Shown: positions 60,130 to 64,000 of the stretch, piece after piece
Position numbering within the stretch: position 1 is the first letter of the stretch
Layout: every line of letters begins with the position of its first letter
Assembly (NCBI GenBank): GCA_025455065.1
Contig: JALONG010000004.1
Span: 86,690 to 150,689, forward strand
DNA length: 64,000 nt
Direction of reading: 5' to 3'
Source of the DNA: Candidatus Kapaibacterium sp.
GTDB taxonomy: Bacteria; Bacteroidota; Ignavibacteria; Kapaibacteriales; UBA4661
Translations under genes and position numbers: made by a program
Notes under the pieces: generated by a model
Told to the model about the DNA's origin: nothing
What the model saw: only the letters and a program-made list of their open reading frames with translations
The model's database searches: none

Positions 60130-62043
60130 TTACTTCCGGTCTTCCGGTCGAAATTCCGGCACACCCGAAGCTGCTCCCGCATCGTTGCCGCCGGAAGCGC
60201 TCGGTTCTTGGCGAGGTGCGCCTTGCGGCTGGCTTTGTTGCTGGTCGGGTCGGGAAGAGGGCTTCGCACTTGGTTTGGTGATAAGTTTACGTTTGGGCGT
60301 AGAGAAGCGCTCGCCCGGGTCTTGCTGGATAATTCCTAACGCCAACGAAATCGGGCGCATACTGCCGATAGAGGCGTTCACATCACCCCGCACAACCATT
60401 GACGACGAAGCGCCGCCATCCAGATTTAACGCATGATACGCGCCAATTTGCCGCATACCTTCCGCCAATTCTTGCAGTGTCATTCCTGTTGTTCCGGCTT
60501 CATTGTCCGTTGGGTCTGTGGTAACGAAATAGAGCATTGTTCCGTTAGAGTTTGTGCCGATAGCCGTGCGGGGGAGTTTTTGCGAAATAAAATTCCGCCC
60601 CGTTGTGCCTTCCTGCGTTGCTTCGTGCTTCGGAATACCGCTCCGCACAAGGCGCGGCGTACCTCCAACGGCATGAACAAACGGCACACTCGAATACACA
60701 TTCGTTTTGAACATCAGCGTCACTTTGTCGCCCGGGCGGGGCAGTTCACTTTCGTCAATATTTCGCCCAAACGAGATAACCACGCCGTTTTGCGGCATTG
60801 CCACTGCGCCTGTATCTACCTCTACCACCCGACAAACAACTTCTTCGTTAATCATCGGCGGTGAAGCGTAAAGCAAGGTCGCTTTGTAAAGCGGGCGCTC
60901 TGCATCTGCCATGCGGCGCTGCATATCCTGTGTGCGCTGGATTTGTGTTTGCGACGGTGCTTCGTCGGTGGGAAGCGTGGAAGCCGCATTAACACTATTG
61001 TTCTTGGTTTTGGAGGTTTTTATTCCTGCTGTTCCCATTTCAATATTCTCCACAGGCACCATCGGCTGCACGGGAACTTCTTTACCGCCGTAGCGATTGT
61101 ACAACACGACACCATTAGCATTGGTGCGGGAATTGACGGTTTCAACGGGGAAACTTGTTTCACGGGTGCGGAGCGTTGCGCTCATGGTAAATCGCTCAAT
61201 GTACATCCTGTTTTGACGGTCAAAAAAGCATGACGACCAGCTTTTGTACTGCCCCATTTCGACAACTTCGCCGTTCACCACCGCATGACCAAGCGGTGTG
61301 TTGTAATAGGAGCGCCAGAAATTTGCATTCACCATTCCCTGCAACGTGCCTGTTTTTGCGGAATCTACGCGATTTGCCATTGTCGGCAGTGATTCCAAGC
61401 CGTTGGAAGCGTTCTGTGCTTTCCAAAGACCAACGGCAACATCAGGTTTGGTGCGGTCCACTTCCAAAACATGAATGGAGTGTTTACTTCCGGTGCTGAT
61501 GATGTAATGTTTGTAGCGCACACCGGGCATGAGTTCTTCGTCGCGCAAGGTTTCGTGCCATGTTTCAGCGAAGGATTTTATCGGCTTCGGAGCGGCTTCC
61601 ACCCGTGCTTTGCGAGAAGAAGAGCGCCGTGACGAAGCATAATAGCGCTTCGATTTCGAGCGACGATGATAACGACTGTAATACTTGCGCGAAGAGCGTT
61701 TTTTTGCTGCGGAATAAGCGTATTTTTTGCTTGAACGATATGAGCGATAACGGCTTGTCGTGCGCTTTTTACTCGACGTTGTTTTTGAAAGTGCTTGTTT
61801 GGAAGCAGGTTTCGAGGAAGGAGTCCGTTTGGAGGAAGTCTGTTTGGATGAAGTTTGCTTGGAAGAAGCCTTGGATGCGGGTTTGGATGCTGTTTTGATA
61901 GCAGAATACGAAGCAGTTTTCGGCAGCCGCCATACGGCAGGAGAAGCAGACAGAAGATTCTGAGCGGCTTCCAGAGCATCAGCGCTCAGAAGTGAACCGC
62001 ACAGAAGACTTGCAATGACGCGGAGAGTGGTAAAATGCTTCAT
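60130..62043 (-). CDS. Secreted phosphodiester glycosidase-family (DUF2233/NAGPA-like) protein with a long basic S/K/R/Y-rich low-complexity region
   Basis: Signal peptide. ~110-aa S/K/R/Y-rich tract. C-terminal domain with the LNLDGGASS motif typical of the phosphodiester glycosidase family. Confidence 0.6.
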   Translation of the reverse strand: MKHFTTLRVIASLLCGSLLSADALEAAQNLLSASPAVWRLPKTASYSAIKTASKPASKASSKQTSSKQTSSKRTPSSKPASKQALSKTTSSKKRTTSRYRSYRSSKKYAYSAAKKRSSRKYYSRYHRRSKSKRYYASSRRSSSRKARVEAAPKPIKSFAETWHETLRDEELMPGVRYKHYIISTGSKHSIHVLEVDRTKPDVAVGLWKAQNASNGLESLPTMANRVDSAKTGTLQGMVNANFWRSYYNTPLGHAVVNGEVVEMGQYKSWSSCFFDRQNRMYIERFTMSATLRTRETSFPVETVNSRTNANGVVLYNRYGGKEVPVQPMVPVENIEMGTAGIKTSKTKNNSVNAASTLPTDEAPSQTQIQRTQDMQRRMADAERPLYKATLLYASPPMINEEVVCRVVEVDTGAVAMPQNGVVISFGRNIDESELPRPGDKVTLMFKTNVYSSVPFVHAVGGTPRLVRSGIPKHEATQEGTTGRNFISQKLPRTAIGTNSNGTMLYFVTTDPTDNEAGTTGMTLQELAEGMRQIGAYHALNLDGGASSSMVVRGDVNASIGSMRPISLALGIIQQDPGERFSTPKRKLITKPSAKPSSRPDQQQSQPQGAPRQEPSASGGNDAGAASGVPEFRPEDRK

Positions 62044-62111
62044 AGTTCTCATCCTATCCAAGGGAGATTCACCGAAAAAATTGTTGCAACGTTAAGCCGC
62101 TACGCCTGTCT

Positions 62112-62747
62112 TTATGCTTCGTTGGAGGAAGAATCGTTATTGGGCGAGCGCGGTACGACAACAGGTTTTGAGGGTGAATTACGAAAAATGCTGCGCAAAT
62201 AGCGCACGTTATACGGAAAAATTACCGAACGATTCAGGTTAATGACGTAGTTTACTTTGTGTTCGAGGTCGTAACGAGGAAAGACGCGGCTTGCCCACCA
62301 CATTTCACCAATAAACGAACCTAGAAAATACGCCAAAATCGTCATGGAAAGATACGTCATCATCACCGCCACACCAACGGTGAACCACCGCGCCGCAATC
62401 AGCGCCAGAGCCATAAGCAGCGCAATACTGAAAGATTCTACGGTGTCGCCCAAAAGCCGCTTGGTATCGTGCTGCCCCATTGTGCGCCGTTTTTCACGGA
62501 TTTGTGCCAAAAGCCACGCTGCGGCAAAAACAATCGGCATCGCTGAAAACGACAGTGTTAATGCGGTTGAGTGCAAAAGCCCCGCAGCGAGAAAACCTTG
62601 CAACGCCGTGAGCGACGCATATTCCACGAAACGCTGACGGCGCTTCATCTCGTGTAGGCGCTCAACGTCGCGCACAGTCAAAAGCGGCGACTCCCCCGAA
62701 AGAGAAGTACCCGCCAAGCGTGAATTGATGCGACCTAACTCAGACAC
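62112..62747 (-). CDS. Hypothetical membrane protein (4 predicted TM helices)
   Basis: ORF with hydrophobic helices. No recognised family. Confidence 0.4.
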   Translation of the reverse strand: MSELGRINSRLAGTSLSGESPLLTVRDVERLHEMKRRQRFVEYASLTALQGFLAAGLLHSTALTLSFSAMPIVFAAAWLLAQIREKRRTMGQHDTKRLLGDTVESFSIALLMALALIAARWFTVGVAVMMTYLSMTILAYFLGSFIGEMWWASRVFPRYDLEHKVNYVINLNRSVIFPYNVRYLRSIFRNSPSKPVVVPRSPNNDSSSNEA

Positions 62748-62939
62748 GAGACAACACTTTGACTAAAAAATGACAAAAGAACTTCGCGGCAAAAGCAAAA
62801 AAAGCAAAAGATACGAACCGCTTTTACAGCGAAATATATGATTTTCTTAAAACTAAGCAAGCCACAAAATTACACAGAATCAGCACATTGACCAAAAAAA
62901 TTCGCGCATAGCCTTCGATACCGAAAACAAGCACCATGA

Positions 62940-63917
62940 CTATGTTCGGCGTTCAAATGCCTCCAAAAAGCGCATTGCAGCAAGCGTCGGCGGTAGTTCT
63001 TCGGCAAAAACCTGTTGTTCCAAATCCTTGCGCAAAGCGCGTAATTCCTCGTTTTTCTCCACCAAGCGCCGAAGACCGTCGCTCACGGTTTCCTGCATCC
63101 ACCGCACCGACTGAGAACGCCGCAAGCCGCGTATTCGCTCAGGTCGCTCCGATGCAAATTGCTGAATCATCGTCCAAATTTCTGCCAAACCACTCTGCGT
63201 CAAGGCGCTGCACAACAAAACGGGAACTTGCCAATCGTCATATTTCGGGGCGGAAAAATGCAGTGCATTCCGAATTTGCTGCGCAGCCCGCTCTGCTGCT
63301 TGCAAGTATGGTTCTTCGGCTTTGTTGATAGCGATTGCGTCGGCAAGTTCCATAATTCCCCGCTTCATGCCTTGTAGCTCATCGCCCGCGCCGGCAAGCG
63401 CCAGAACGAGGAAAAAATCTACCATTGCAGCAACGGCTGTTTCCGATTGCCCCACGCCGACGGTCTCCACCAACACCACATCAAAACCCGCCGCCTCACA
63501 CAGGAGCATCGTTTCGCGGGTTCGCCGCGCAACCCCACCCAAGGTCTTTCCTGCCGGAGAAGGGCGAATAAATGCGGCTTCCGAGCGTGAAAGCTCCAAC
63601 ATCCGCGTTTTGTCACCCAAAATGCTGCCGCCTGTGCGCTCACTTGATGGGTCAATCGCCAAAACCGCCACCTTCAAGCCTTGCTCAATCAGCATCAAGC
63701 CGAATGCCTCAATAAATGTACTTTTTCCCACGCCCGGCACGCCCGTAATACCGATTCTTCGGGCTTTCCCTGTTTGTGGTAAAATGATATTCAAGAGTTC
63801 TTGCGCTCTGGCAGTGTCCTCCGTGCGGCTGCTTTCGACAAGGGTAATTGCCTTTGCTAAAGCACGGCGTTTGCCTGTAAGGAGCGATTCAGCGAGGGTT
63901 TGGAGGGATTGAGACAT
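62940..63917 (-). CDS. MeaB/ArgK-like G3E-family GTPase (methylmalonyl-CoA mutase-associated)
   Basis: P-loop GVPGVGKST, switch motif DPSS and VVLVETVGVGQSE. Start set at MSQSLQ (63917). Confidence 0.82.
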   Translation of the reverse strand: MSQSLQTLAESLLTGKRRALAKAITLVESSRTEDTARAQELLNIILPQTGKARRIGITGVPGVGKSTFIEAFGLMLIEQGLKVAVLAIDPSSERTGGSILGDKTRMLELSRSEAAFIRPSPAGKTLGGVARRTRETMLLCEAAGFDVVLVETVGVGQSETAVAAMVDFFLVLALAGAGDELQGMKRGIMELADAIAINKAEEPYLQAAERAAQQIRNALHFSAPKYDDWQVPVLLCSALTQSGLAEIWTMIQQFASERPERIRGLRRSQSVRWMQETVSDGLRRLVEKNEELRALRKDLEQQVFAEELPPTLAAMRFLEAFERRT

Positions 63918-64000
63918 ACGGAGTGAGGAGGGGTTGTGACGGGAGTTTTTCCGCTCCGATATTTTCTTAAAAAATGAGTTAATCTTTCCAGACAAAATCA

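Overview
This 64-kb window looks like chromosomal DNA from a member of the Fibrobacteres-Chlorobi-Bacteroidetes (FCB) group. Two large secreted proteins end in type-IX-secretion (T9SS) C-terminal sorting domains, and a CGC-motif bacilliredoxin-like gene is present. Most of the window is housekeeping: rpoC (5'-partial), rsmB, lepA-lepB, prfC, ribBA, an aldehyde dehydrogenase, grpE-dnaJ, cmk, two OmpH/Skp-like chaperones, RNase R, rsmA/ksgA, mltG, pgeF, yajC and a meaB-like GTPase. Accessory-type content sits between these.

The accessory content includes:
- A 4.5-kb gene for a beta-propeller/Ig-repeat T9SS adhesin.
- A clpB gene cleanly truncated in its middle domain, abutting an A/T-rich tract rich in micro-repeats.
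- An rsmB with a long Q/H/N/R-rich N-terminal extension encoded by 18-bp tandem repeats.
- A compact four-gene cassette (17.7-20.7 kb) of uncharacterized secreted and membrane proteins carrying an internally duplicated glycine-rich hydrophobic module. This is the best candidate here for an undescribed system.
- A PIN-domain toxin-antitoxin-like trio.
- A Rpn/YhgA-like PD-(D/E)XK 'transposase', a Uma2-family endonuclease, and a CHASE3-HAMP-PAS sensor without an output domain.
- An M1 peptidase with a ~480-aa C-terminal extension.

A dispersed family of palindromic repeats (core GCACAGACA-N3-TGTCTGTGC with conserved flanks) occurs in at least nine intergenic sites. One site is a ~440-bp tandem array that mimics a CRISPR array but is not one, and one copy supplies the cmk start codon. 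No rRNA, tRNA or CRISPR was recognised. All calls rest on motif recognition by eye, with no searches run.
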